From Pelagomonas calceolata (lineage: Eukaryota): a stretch of DNA of 64,000 nucleotides. The notes under the pieces are model-generated. The model made no database searches. It saw nothing but the letters and a program-made list of their open reading frames with translations, and was not told the origin of the DNA. Within the stretch, counting starts at the first letter, position 1. Each line of letters opens with the position of its first letter. Position numbers and translations under genes: made by a program. Shown here piece by piece: positions 42,422 to 51,682 of the stretch. Location: the NCBI GenBank assembly GCA_918797485.1, contig CAKKNE010000005.1:4898001-4962000 (forward strand), given 5' to 3'.

Positions 42422-43384
42422 CTAAGTAGGGGCCTTGTACGCCGCGATGGCCCGGGCGTCGTGAGCGCGTCGAGCCTGGAAAAGTCGTCGCGTCGGCGCC
42501 GCCGCCAGGTCAAAAACGTCCGCGTTCTCGACCATGCGCTCCCGCCGCGTCGACTTGGGCATGTAGATGGCGCCCTTGGCGACGCACCAGGCGCCCAGTA
42601 CCTGGGCCGGCGTCGCGCCGTGCCTACTCGCGACGGCGTTGATCGTCGGGTCGTCGAATGCCTTGCCGTCGCGCAGCGCCCGGTACGCTTGGATTTTGAT
42701 GCCCTTCTTCGTGAGGTAGTCCAGCGTCTTCCTTCTATACAAAAAGGGGTTGAACTCGATCTGGTTCACGGCCGGGACGACCGACGCCTCCCTGAGGAGC
42801 TCTTCGATGTCCTCGACGGCGTAGTTGGAGACGCCGATGGACTTCACGAGGCCTTCCGCTTGGCATTTCTCGAGCTCGAGGTAGGCGGCGACGTGCTTCC
42901 CCGGCACGGGCCAGTGGACCAGGTACAAATCGAGATACTCCGTGTTTAAATCACGCAGCGACCGCTCGACTTGCGCTCGGACGGCGGCCGGCCCGTCATA
43001 TATCGCATCGGACCAGCACTTCGAGGCTAAGTATAAGTCCGACCGGGGAATTTTTGATGTTTTAATCGCCTCGCCGACCTGGACCTCGTTCCCGTAGAAC
43101 TGCGCGCAGTCCAGAAACCTATACCCGACGTCCAGCGCGTCCCCGACGATGTCCGTGGCAGTGGCGACCTCGCCGCCGCTCTCCTCGGCGCCGGCGACGG
43201 CCGCCGAGGCGGAGGCGGGGATGAAGCCGACCTTGTACGTCCCGAAGCCGATCTGCGGGTGGCTCGTGCCGTCGTTGAGCGCGACGGTCGGGGCGCTGCT
43301 GAGCGAACTCATGCGCGGCGACGACCGGGACAGGCCGCGGGCCGCCCCTATCATTGCCGTCGCGAGGCGCGAGGCGAGCCGCAT
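42422..43384 (-). CDS. Aldo/keto reductase
   Basis: PQIGFGTY, GYRFLDCAQFYGNE, LYLASK, SL.DL.TEYLDLYLVHWP, GLVKSIGVSNY, PAVNQIE, PKS...R..EN. The C-terminus is probably affected by an indel. Confidence 0.95.
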   Translation of the reverse strand: MRLASRLATAMIGAARGLSRSSPRMSSLSSAPTVALNDGTSHPQIGFGTYKVGFIPASASAAVAGAEESGGEVATATDIVGDALDVGYRFLDCAQFYGNEVQVGEAIKTSKIPRSDLYLASKCWSDAIYDGPAAVRAQVERSLRDLNTEYLDLYLVHWPVPGKHVAAYLELEKCQAEGLVKSIGVSNYAVEDIEELLREASVVPAVNQIEFNPFLYRRKTLDYLTKKGIKIQAYRALRDGKAFDDPTINAVASRHGATPAQVLGAWCVAKGAIYMPKSTRRERMVENADVFDLAAAPTRRLFQARRAHDARAIAAYKAPT

Positions 43385-43500
43385 TGTGTTTCACGGGAGC
43401 GACAGCGCCAGTTGTCAAACAGATGCGAGCGGTCGAAATATCGAACTGTGGAGCTCTTGCGCCGGCGTGCGGCTGAGCTGCGACCAGGCTCTCCCAGCTT

Positions 43501-43524
43501 GCTAGTGTCTTACTGGACGCTAGC
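43501..43524. promoter_or_regulatory. CTAG-flanked intergenic motif, copy 7
   Basis: gctagtgtcttactggacgctagc, about 117 bp upstream of 43384 (-). Confidence 0.7.
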
Positions 43525-43661
43525 TCGCCATATTCCCAGCGCGCTGATCTCGGTTGATCGGGCGCGCGCGAGTTCCTTGCTCATCAAAGAGGCCCCTCTG
43601 AGTGCGCGCATCCAGCGGAAAAACGGAAACCTGTGCTCCTGTCGCGGTTTAGGCGCCATTG

Positions 43662-44015
43662 AAGCCAATCTGAGCCATCGCCATCGGCTTGTTCCTGTGG
43701 GGCTTCGGAGTCTGGGTGTATTTTCTGGCCTCGTCCACGTCCTTCCACCACTCGTCGCTGAGCAGCCGCCTCGGCCTCGGCGGCGGCACGGGCATTCCCT
43801 TCGCTCCGAACTGGTGGGGCGTCGTGTTTCCGATGGTGACGCTGACGATGTCGACGTACCAGATCCATACGGACACGGAGTGGCGCTTCTTCAAGGTCGT
43901 CGGGCGCATCCTCGCCGCCGTCCTGACGCTGACGGCGTGCTACATCCACGCGCTGACGATCAAGCACGCGGTCACCCCCAAATTCTGGCACGGCTTCCAC
44001 CCGAAGCAGACCTAG
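43662..44015 (+). pseudogene. 5'-truncated fragment of a TDT/SLAC1-family transporter
   Basis: GLFLWGFGVWVY…IPFAPNWWGVVFP matches the family's C-terminal helices; in-frame TGA just upstream and no room for the N-terminal part. Confidence 0.6.
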
Positions 44016-44086
44016 TCGACGCGCCGTCGACACGTCGCCGTCGTCGCACAACTTATCGATTAACTAACGCTATTAAACACTTAAGA

Positions 44087-45568
44087 CTACCGGAGCCGCC
44101 AGGACCGCACCTGCTCGTAGGGCGGCACCCTGGACAGGTCCTCGCCGTGCGCCGCCATGGATGGAGGCGCCGCGCACATGTATTGCCCTATCCTCAAGAT
44201 ATCTTCCTCCGTGACGGCGTCGACGGCCGCCGTCATCTCCTGCAAAGTTTGGCGCCTCCCAAAAGTCGCGACCTGCCGCGCAATATCTTCGAATAACACC
44301 AGTCTAGACTCGAGCTGCGTCAACACGTTGACCTTGAGCATGTTCTTGGCCCGGTCCAATTCTGATCTCTCAACAGGCTGCTGGCCCAACCGCAACAGAT
44401 TGGACATGAGCACCTCGGTCAAGTGATGCGCACTTGCAGGAGCACACGCCCCCACAATACCTAATAACCCCTCCCGATCGTGGATGGACACGAAGGCCTC
44501 GCAGGCCTCGACCCAGTGGTACCGGTTGAGCACCTCTCTGTATAAGCGAGAGTACATTCCCTTGCCGGGTCCACCGGCGGAGAAGGAATCGCCACCCCCC
44601 AACAGAGTTTGGAGCACACAACAAGCGATCAAATCCTTCGAATGCCACCCTCCTTCGGGCGCGCGCATGGCGCAGGCAATCCTCACTTGAGGTGTGGCTT
44701 CAACAGCATAACCAGACGGCGTCGGGGCCCGCTCCTCGGCCAGGACGCACCCGCCCACGTAAGGCGACTGTGTGATCGCCAGTGGCGCTGTTGATGGAGG
44801 CAGGTGCGGCTCGAAGTGTTTTTCGGCCAATGCAATAAGTTCGTCGTGGCCGACACCCGCGCCCGCGACGACCAGCGATTGGGGCTGCGTGATCAAGGCG
44901 CGGAAGTCCGCGAGCGTTTTTGGGGACAAAGTGTGCAGCTGGGACGGCGGGCAGAGGAGCGGCGCGCCCAACGGCGATGAACCGTACGCGGCGGCGTGGA
45001 TGTTTTCCCGGACGCGCGCGTCCTGCGTCGCGTCCAGAAAAGCTAGCTCCATACCCTCGCGCACCTCGTCCATGGCGCCCGGCGCCTCGAGGTCCGGACC
45101 CAGCAGGCACGCCTCCGCAAGTAATTGCGTCGCGTCCTCGAGCTTATCTCGCAAAGCATCAATACAGTAGAGCGTCTGCTCGCGCTGCGCGTTCGCGTGC
45201 AGGTACGCCCCGCACGCCTCCGCGCGCTTCAGCACGTCGGCCGTCGACGAGTTCCTCGTCCCTCGCCACGCGCACACTTCCGCGAGCTGCGCGCCGCCCA
45301 CAGTCCCGAGGTGGGCCTTCTCGTCGGCCGCTCCACCACAAATCACGACGCCGATAGCTGACATATAGGTGTGCGTCTCCTGGGAGACGACCCGCAAGCC
45401 GCTCGGCAGCGTCGTCAATTGGGTCGTTGGTGCAATCTCCGGAAAGGGCGGCTGGTGCGCGTTCCAGCCGCCGCGGGGAAAGGGCGGGACCATGGCGTAG
45501 TCCGCGGGCATGCCGCTCTTGTGGCGCCGCCGCCGCGCCGCCGTCGCGCGGCGCAGGGCGGACCGCAT
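44087..45568 (-). CDS. PMPCA: Mitochondrial processing peptidase alpha subunit (M16B)
   Basis: Arg-rich presequence; TTLPSGLRVVS; glycine-rich loop LGGGDSFSAGGPGKGMYSRLY; EL.RAKN.LK…LESR.V.FEDI.RQ. Confidence 0.95.
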   Translation of the reverse strand: MRSALRRATAARRRRHKSGMPADYAMVPPFPRGGWNAHQPPFPEIAPTTQLTTLPSGLRVVSQETHTYMSAIGVVICGGAADEKAHLGTVGGAQLAEVCAWRGTRNSSTADVLKRAEACGAYLHANAQREQTLYCIDALRDKLEDATQLLAEACLLGPDLEAPGAMDEVREGMELAFLDATQDARVRENIHAAAYGSSPLGAPLLCPPSQLHTLSPKTLADFRALITQPQSLVVAGAGVGHDELIALAEKHFEPHLPPSTAPLAITQSPYVGGCVLAEERAPTPSGYAVEATPQVRIACAMRAPEGGWHSKDLIACCVLQTLLGGGDSFSAGGPGKGMYSRLYREVLNRYHWVEACEAFVSIHDREGLLGIVGACAPASAHHLTEVLMSNLLRLGQQPVERSELDRAKNMLKVNVLTQLESRLVLFEDIARQVATFGRRQTLQEMTAAVDAVTEEDILRIGQYMCAAPPSMAAHGEDLSRVPPYEQVRSWRLR

Positions 45569-45758
45569 GGTGCAACGTCGCGTCTCCGGGCGTCGAAATC
45601 GCTGGGCCAGAGGCAGGGAGAGGCCCGGGCCAGAGGCTGGGCGCCTGTCGAAATCGCTGGCGCGGCGCAGTTATACGTTGCAAGAGAACTCCTCGCCGTC
45701 AAATGAGGGCACGTATGCTGCGCAGCGGCTGCGCTTGGCCCCTGCAAAAGCGAAGGCA

Positions 45759-45783
45759 GCTAGCGGCATGTATAGACACTAGC
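45759..45783. promoter_or_regulatory. CTAG-flanked intergenic motif, copy 8 (divergent promoter)
   Basis: gctagcggcatgtatagacactagc, between MPP-alpha (-) and ORMDL (+). Confidence 0.7.
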
Positions 45784-46095
45784 AAGCCATTTTTGTCGGC
45801 TCTCTTTGGCGGCTCCAACAGCTCATCCAGCAGCGCGAGACGTTCTGGCCGTCTCATACTGCCGCCGCACGCATAACAAGCGTACAGAAACGCCCCGCTT
45901 CCGGCTAGGCCCCGAAAGGCCCCACCGCCGTGCGCAGCGCCGCGCGTTCCGCCAGCGCCGCAGCGTCAATCCGCCGCCCGCAAGCGGCCCAGGGCTTCGC
46001 CAAAGCCGCCCTTGCGCCGCCGACACGCCGACGCCGCCGCGGCGCGCCCGCCGCCCACGCTCGACGCTCGACGCCGCGGTGCCCGACAAAGAAAG

Positions 46096-46606
46096 ATGCC
46101 CGTCCCACGAAATTACTCGGACAACTACCTCTCCGGCATGGACCCGGACCCGAAGCGAAATGTGGCGGTGGAGTGCTTCCAGATCGATACCACAAGGTTC
46201 GCGGCGACCTACGTCATGCTCATTCTGATCGTCTACGGCGCGATCCACGGCTCGGGCTACACGTCCGAGCAGTCCCTGTCGGCGACGAACGTGGCACACG
46301 CGCTCGTGACCTTCGTCTTCTTCCACTGGGCCCGGCTCGCCGGACACGCACGCAGCGCAGGGCGATTACGATGATTTGACGGTCTGGGAGCAGCTCGACG
46401 GCGGCGCGTCGTGGTCCGCCACCAAAAAAGTCTTCCTCATCGTGCCGACGCTCGTCCTGCTGGCTTATTTAAATGCGGCGGACTTTTCGCGACAAGCCAC
46501 CGACCGACCATACCCGTCCCCATCTCGCGCGCTCCTCTGCATCCTGCCCAAACTGCCGGGCATGCATGGGGTGCGGATCCTGGGCATCAACCGGACCGTG
46601 GGCTAA
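46096..46606 (+). CDS. ORMDL: ORMDL/ORM1 sphingolipid biosynthesis regulator (indel near 46332)
   Basis: TNVAH..VTF..FHW, then in another frame GSP…QGDYDDLTVWEQLDGG…TKK.F…PKLPGMHGVRILGIN. Confidence 0.9.
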
Positions 46607-46989
46607 GTCGGTCGACGACGAGACCAAGAAGGGGTCGTGAGGTTGCTTCCTTTCTCCTCCTCCTACGCCAAAAACTAGTGGTTCGCTCCTTTGGGACGAC
46701 GGGATTGCACGATCGCGTGCAAGAGCGCGCAAACTTGGCTTCTAGTGTGTCTTCTTAGCGATCTGACAATAAATCGAGGGTACGTGGTGAGTGGGTGTTT
46801 GGTTCGGCAGTAGCACCTTTGCGAACGCCTCTCGGATCGATACGCGACCACCGTGCTGTGTTGCATCTGACGCGAGCATTTCTACGTGCAATTTGACGCC
46901 GTAGACACCTCTGAAGCAGCTTGCATCCATCTGCACTGCAGCAAATTTCACGTTGTAGACAAGAGGAGCTTCATCAGCAGCGCAGTAAA

Positions 46990-47409
46990 ATGATTCTCCT
47001 ATGGTGGGTGCTGCCCGTACCTTGCCAAGCGATCGCATTCCTGGCAGTGCTTATCGCCGCGAGCGCCCTGCAAACGCAGCCGATGCAGCTTCACGAGCGA
47101 CGGCGCGTCGTCGCATCAGTCGCGCGGGTCGAAGTATGCACGAAAAAGCACTGCAAGAAAAAAGGTAGCTTGAAAACGCTACGCATCTTCGAGGCGTTGG
47201 CGCCGGACGGCGTCGAGGTGCTCACCGCCGACATGTCGCACACGGAGCACGGCTGCTTCGACGAGTGCACGATGGGCCCGAACGTCCGCGTCGACGGCGC
47301 CGGCCCCAAAGCCGACGGCGGGCCGATCGTCAACGGCGTGCGGGGCGCCGCGGGCGCCGCGGAGGTCCTCGGCATCGACGTCCCCGAGGGCTGGGAGCTG
47401 CCTAACTGA
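46990..47409 (+). CDS. Thioredoxin-like [2Fe-2S] ferredoxin with N-terminal targeting peptide
   Basis: VCTKKHCKKKGS … GCFDECTMGPNV (Cx4C…Cx3C-GP). Confidence 0.8.
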   Translation: MILLWWVLPVPCQAIAFLAVLIAASALQTQPMQLHERRRVVASVARVEVCTKKHCKKKGSLKTLRIFEALAPDGVEVLTADMSHTEHGCFDECTMGPNVRVDGAGPKADGGPIVNGVRGAAGAAEVLGIDVPEGWELPN

Positions 47410-49627
47410 CACAACTGTTTACTCGAACCACCGGCCCTCGCCCGCGACGACGGCCTTCTTCAGCGACGCGAGGTAGGCCGGCTGCGCGCGCCTTTGCGCG
47501 CGCTCGACGTCCTGCTCCGGCGCCTTCTTCTTCCTCCGCTTCTTGTCGCGCTTGCGCTCGGCGGCGTCGAAGACCTGCTCGACGGCGCGGTCGTCCGCGG
47601 TCGCGCATCAACCCGTCGTCCACGACCTTCCTCGGAGCCTTCGGAACTTCTTCCGCGCCCTTCCGGGCCCGCTTCTTCTCCAGCCGGTTCGCGATGCGCT
47701 TCTCCCGCCGCCGCTCCTTGCGCGACGGCCCGTCCAACGGCGCCGTCGCCTTCGCCTTCGCGTCGTCCTCCCGTTTCTGGCGCAGGGCCACCTTCCGGTG
47801 GTCCTCGACGACAAAGGCCACGATCGGCCGCGGCACCTCACTCCCCATTTTTTTGCCGCGGGGCACGCAGTAACTCGCTAATTCCGGGTTGTTGTTCGCA
47901 AACCGCAAGACCCGCATGGCGCACGCATGACTTGAAAACTCGGCAAACGCATAACCCTTGGACTTGCCGGGTTTGGGCTTTTTACCGGGCACCGTCGGCA
48001 CCTTGTCCCGGGCCACGTGCACCGCGCCCACATCCTTCGGAGAGACGCCGGCCGCCTCGATCAACTCCTTCAGGAGGGCCGCGTCGACGTGCGGCGCGAG
48101 GTTTCTTATGGATAACCGCTGCGGGTTCACGTGGAATAATGGATTTCTCAATTTTGTGGCCGCCTCCTGGCGCGCCCGTTCTCTCTTCTTAAGATCGTTT
48201 TCCGGAACACCAATGGCCGCGGGGTCGCCCTTCTGGATGAGACCCTCTCTACTCAGAGCCACGTGGCGCCGGTCGCCTCCGACCAACGCGTGCTCGAGCT
48301 TGCGTTTTTTCGCGGGGCCGACTTCGTCTCTCAGCTTCGATGCTGTCGACTGATCAACCGCTAGAGCCACAATCAAGGGCCGCGCGTCGAGGGCCCACGC
48401 CTCCATCGTCGCGTTCGTCGCGCTGTCCGCCGAAGAATAGCGTACGAAGCACGAGCCTTTCCCCAGGCCCGTGGCCTTGTCCTTGACGACGTGGACGCTT
48501 TCTATACTACCACTCTTCGCGAAGAGCTCGGCCAGGGCTTTTCGGGTGGCGCCGTAGGGCACGTTCCTGACGAACAGCGTCCGGCCCTCGGCGACGTCGT
48601 CGGGCTTCTTGTCTTCCGAGGCCTCCTCGTCGTCCGATTCCTCGTCGTCGTCGCCCTCGGCGGCGTCAGACTCCTCGCCACCCGCGTCTTCGTTGTCCTC
48701 CTCGGCGGCGTCCGACGCCTCGGCAGCCTCGGACTCGTCGCCCGACGCCGAGGCGCCGTCTTCACGCCGGGCGGGCTCGGGCGCCGCCACGACATGGTCG
48801 GACTTCGGCGTCGCCTGGTCCACGGCCACGGGCCGCCCCTTCACCGCAAATTTACCAGAAGACGCGGCCTTCAAAGCGCGCCGCGCGTCGCTCTCGCAGA
48901 AGAACTCGACGAAGCCAAATCCCCGCGACTTTTCGCCGACGCGCGGCACGCGCGCCTCGCGCAGCGGGCCGTACGCCATGAACGCATCCAACAGGTCCTC
49001 TTCCAACGCCCTAAAATGCAAATTGCGCACGACTAACCTACCTTTCTGTTCATTTGATCTATCGACGTGCGCCTCGAGGCGGCACGCGAGCTTCGACCCC
49101 TTGAACGTAGCACCATCGAGCCGCTGGCACGCTTGCGACGCCTTTTGTAAAGATGAAAATGTGGCCACTGCTAAGGCGCCCGCCGGCCGCATTGCTGCTC
49201 CTTCGACACTCGTCACTTTCTCAAAACCTTCTAGCTTCCTCAACCGCTTATAAACAGCCTTGTCCGACGCGCCGACGGGGATGCCGAATACTCGCGCTGA
49301 CCGGCCCCTTACACTTCGCTGCGACTCGCGCTTCTCGTTGTTCGACGGGGCGATTGGCGCTGCTACGGCATTAGGATGCTTCTGGCCCTTGTCCCTTGCT
49401 AAAGCCACCTCGACCACAGCACCGTCGACGTCAATGCCGTTCTCGCGCCCCGCCCGCACGGCCTTCTGCGCGTCCGCGGCGGTCGCGAATTTTACGAAGC
49501 CGAAGCCTCTACCTCTAATCACGTCGACGCGCTTCACGGGGCCGAACTCGGCCAACGCCGCGGCGACCGACGCGTGCGTCGACGCCTCGTGGAGGTTGCG
49601 CAGGAGGACCGTGGCCTGTTGCGCCAT
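47402..49627 (-). CDS. RBM28: RNA-binding protein 28 / Nop4-like, four RRMs (3' end affected by indels)
   Basis: RGFGFVKF, LVVRNLHF…SRGFGFVEF, acidic linker, RTLFVRNVPY, KLRNPLFHVNPQRLSIRNL, SKGYAFAEF..H..A…NNNP…RPIV.F..ED. Confidence 0.92.
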   Translation of the reverse strand: MAQQATVLLRNLHEASTHASVAAALAEFGPVKRVDVIRGRGFGFVKFATAADAQKAVRAGRENGIDVDGAVVEVALARDKGQKHPNAVAAPIAPSNNEKRESQRSVRGRSARVFGIPVGASDKAVYKRLRKLEGFEKVTSVEGAAMRPAGALAVATFSSLQKASQACQRLDGATFKGSKLACRLEAHVDRSNEQKGRLVVRNLHFRALEEDLLDAFMAYGPLREARVPRVGEKSRGFGFVEFFCESDARRALKAASSGKFAVKGRPVAVDQATPKSDHVVAAPEPARREDGASASGDESEAAEASDAAEEDNEDAGGEESDAAEGDDDEESDDEEASEDKKPDDVAEGRTLFVRNVPYGATRKALAELFAKSGSIESVHVVKDKATGLGKGSCFVRYSSADSATNATMEAWALDARPLIVALAVDQSTASKLRDEVGPAKKRKLEHALVGGDRRHVALSREGLIQKGDPAAIGVPENDLKKRERARQEAATKLRNPLFHVNPQRLSIRNLAPHVDAALLKELIEAAGVSPKDVGAVHVARDKVPTVPGKKPKPGKSKGYAFAEFSSHACAMRVLRFANNNPELASYCVPRGKKMGSEVPRPIVAFVVEDHRKVALRQKREDDAKAKATAPLDGPSRKERRREKRIANRLEKKRARKGAEEVPKAPRKVVDDGLMRDRGRPRRRAGLRRRRAQARQEAEEEEGAGAGRRARAKARAAGLPRVAEEGRRRGRGPVVRVNSCVS

Positions 49628-50056
49628 CTCTGTCGCACTGCTGCGAGTGCTGCTGTTGGCACTGCTGCCTGCAGCGGTCCTTTTGCGTTTGCGCTGCGGT
49701 TTTCGCGGTCACAGGCTCTGATATGTATATCTGCAGTGCAAAGGTCACACGCGGTCCACCTATTATAAGTCACACGCAGTGCTTTTGGCTGCTGTGAGAG
49801 CCGGCATCGCCTGAGCCTCCAGGCCTCTAGGTCGGAGCCTTGGAGCTAAGCTTCGGAAGCCATATCCCAGGCACTCCTCCGTACGGCTCAGCGGACGGAT
49901 GCGCGAAGAAAGACCCGCACGCACGGCTTCGAGTTTTGGAGTTTGGGCAGCCAATTTGTAAAGCTATGCATGGTGCGGGACGCGAATAAATCATACTACA
50001 CGTTCCCAGCGACTAGTTCTTGAACGCTGCGGCCGCAGGAGGCTGCCCGGGCAACG

Positions 50057-51658
50057 ATGGCCACGCCGCCGAGCCAGGCCAAGACCAAGAGCAGCCAGGC
50101 CAAGACAAAAAAGCGCCGCCCCGCCGCCGACGACCCGCCCACGCCAGGTTCCAATGATCCGCTCCTCGCGGAGCTGCGCGAGACGACGACGCAGCGCCTC
50201 GCCGCCTTGCTCGCGTCCAATACAAACTTGCTGAGCGACCTCGGCCGGCTCAATACGAGTGGAGTGGACACGGGCACGGTCTTTGGCCGGGCGCTGAAGC
50301 GGGCCCGGGGGCTGGAGACGTTGGTGCCGCCGCCGCCGCCGCCGCCGGAGCACCGGCCGCGTCCAGTCAAGTGCGCGGCCTCGCTCCACACGTCCGTCAT
50401 CGTCGACGGCGCGGCCGTCGCCTTTGGGTTTGAGCCCTGCGGCGGCGACTGGCGGAGCCCGGGCCACGTGCCGTCCCAACTGCCCCGGATCGGCACGGCC
50501 CGGGACGTCGCCGTGGCGTGCGGCTGGGGGTTCACGGTCGTCGTCGACGCTTTTGGTGTGGCGCGCGCCGGCGGGCGGCTGCCCGGGTTGGCGCCGGGGT
50601 CTTCATTGAGACCGTTGCTCCCGAAGGTGCGCGTCCTCGCGGTCTCCGCGGGCGCCGCTCACGTCCTATTCTGTGTGGAAATCAAATTTACGGCGCTTTC
50701 GTCTTGAATCGCCGCGTCGACCTCCACGCCATCGACGCGACACCTGCTCGATGGCGTGGCGATGTCGGTACCTCACCGCTCGACGGAGCCAGCGAGCCCA
50801 CGTCATCGCCAAGTGCACCCGACACACTGATTGATTTCCACACAGGTCCTATTGGCGGACGACCAGGGCCGCTGCTGGTCCGGCGGCGACGCGGGGGACG
50901 GGCGGCTCGGCCGGGGCGGGGCGTCTGAGCTGGCTATCGTCGAGGGGGTCGATGACATCAAAGGCGTCGCGGCCGGAGCGTGCCACTCGCTCGCCTTCAC
51001 ATCGAAAGGAACGCTGTACGCCTGGGGCCTCGCGAGCGACGGCCGCCTCGGATTCACGACGGAGGACGCGAGCGCGCCGCCGACGCGCGTCGCCCTCGAG
51101 GGCGTCGTCGACGCGAGCGCGGGCAAGTACCACTCGCTCGTCGTCGCGTCGGAGGGGGTCGTCTTTGCGTTTGGCGACAACAGTTACGGTCAGCTCGGGC
51201 TCGGCCACGCGGACGACGCCTGGGAACCAGCCTGCGTCGCCTTGCCGTCGAGTGCCGTGTGCGTCGCCGCCGGCGCGTCGCACTCTTTGGTCTTGCTCGA
51301 GGATGGCGACGTCGTCGGCTTCGGCTCCGACGCGCAAGGCCAGCTCGGCGGCGCGCGCGTCGATGACGACGAGAGCGACAGCGACTCGTCGGACACGGAC
51401 AGCACGTCGTCGTCCTCGTCCTCGGCGGCGGACGACGAGGTCTGGACGCCCGCGCGCGTACCTGGGCTTTGCGGCAAGGGCGTCGTCGCGGTCGCGGCGG
51501 GCGGCGCCGCGAACAGCGACGCGGGCCACACCGTCGCCGTGACGGCGGCGGGCGCGGTGCTCTGTTTGGGTGCTGGGGGCTTAGGCCAGCTCGGCGCTGG
51601 CGTGGATTCTTCTTCGACTCCTCTGCCGGTGCCCGTGCGGAAGACTGCTTGGAGTTAG
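50057..51658 (+). CDS. RCC1-repeat protein (exons 50057-50662, 50846-51658)
   Basis: Repeated VAAG..HSL…G.LYAWG....GRLG and FGDNSYGQLGLG; the two ORFs join as AGAAH-VLLADD. Confidence 0.92.
50663..50845 (+). mobile_element. Introner intron, 183 nt, GT-AG (among the longest and most intact copies)
   Basis: Perfect TSD gtcctatt / gtcctatt; perfect 15-bp TIR ctgtgtggaaatcaa / ttgatttccacacag; carries an in-frame stop, so it must be spliced. Confidence 0.97.
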
Positions 51659-51682
51659 TATTCACAATGTTCTTCTTACACA

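Noticed and set aside
46742..46760. Partial match to the CTAG motif (ctagtgtgtcttcttagcg); weaker ones near 15543 and 31060
   Set aside because: They lack the second CTAG or the core spacing, so they were not counted.
18480..47600. Frameshifts in conserved genes (ORMDL, RBM28 and AKR tails, compensating pairs in TTLL near 34970 and 35530, SAP/La gene, esterase)
   Set aside because: Motifs continue intact in the adjacent frame and several genes are housekeeping, so assembly error is more likely than pseudogenisation or recoding; raw reads are needed to confirm.
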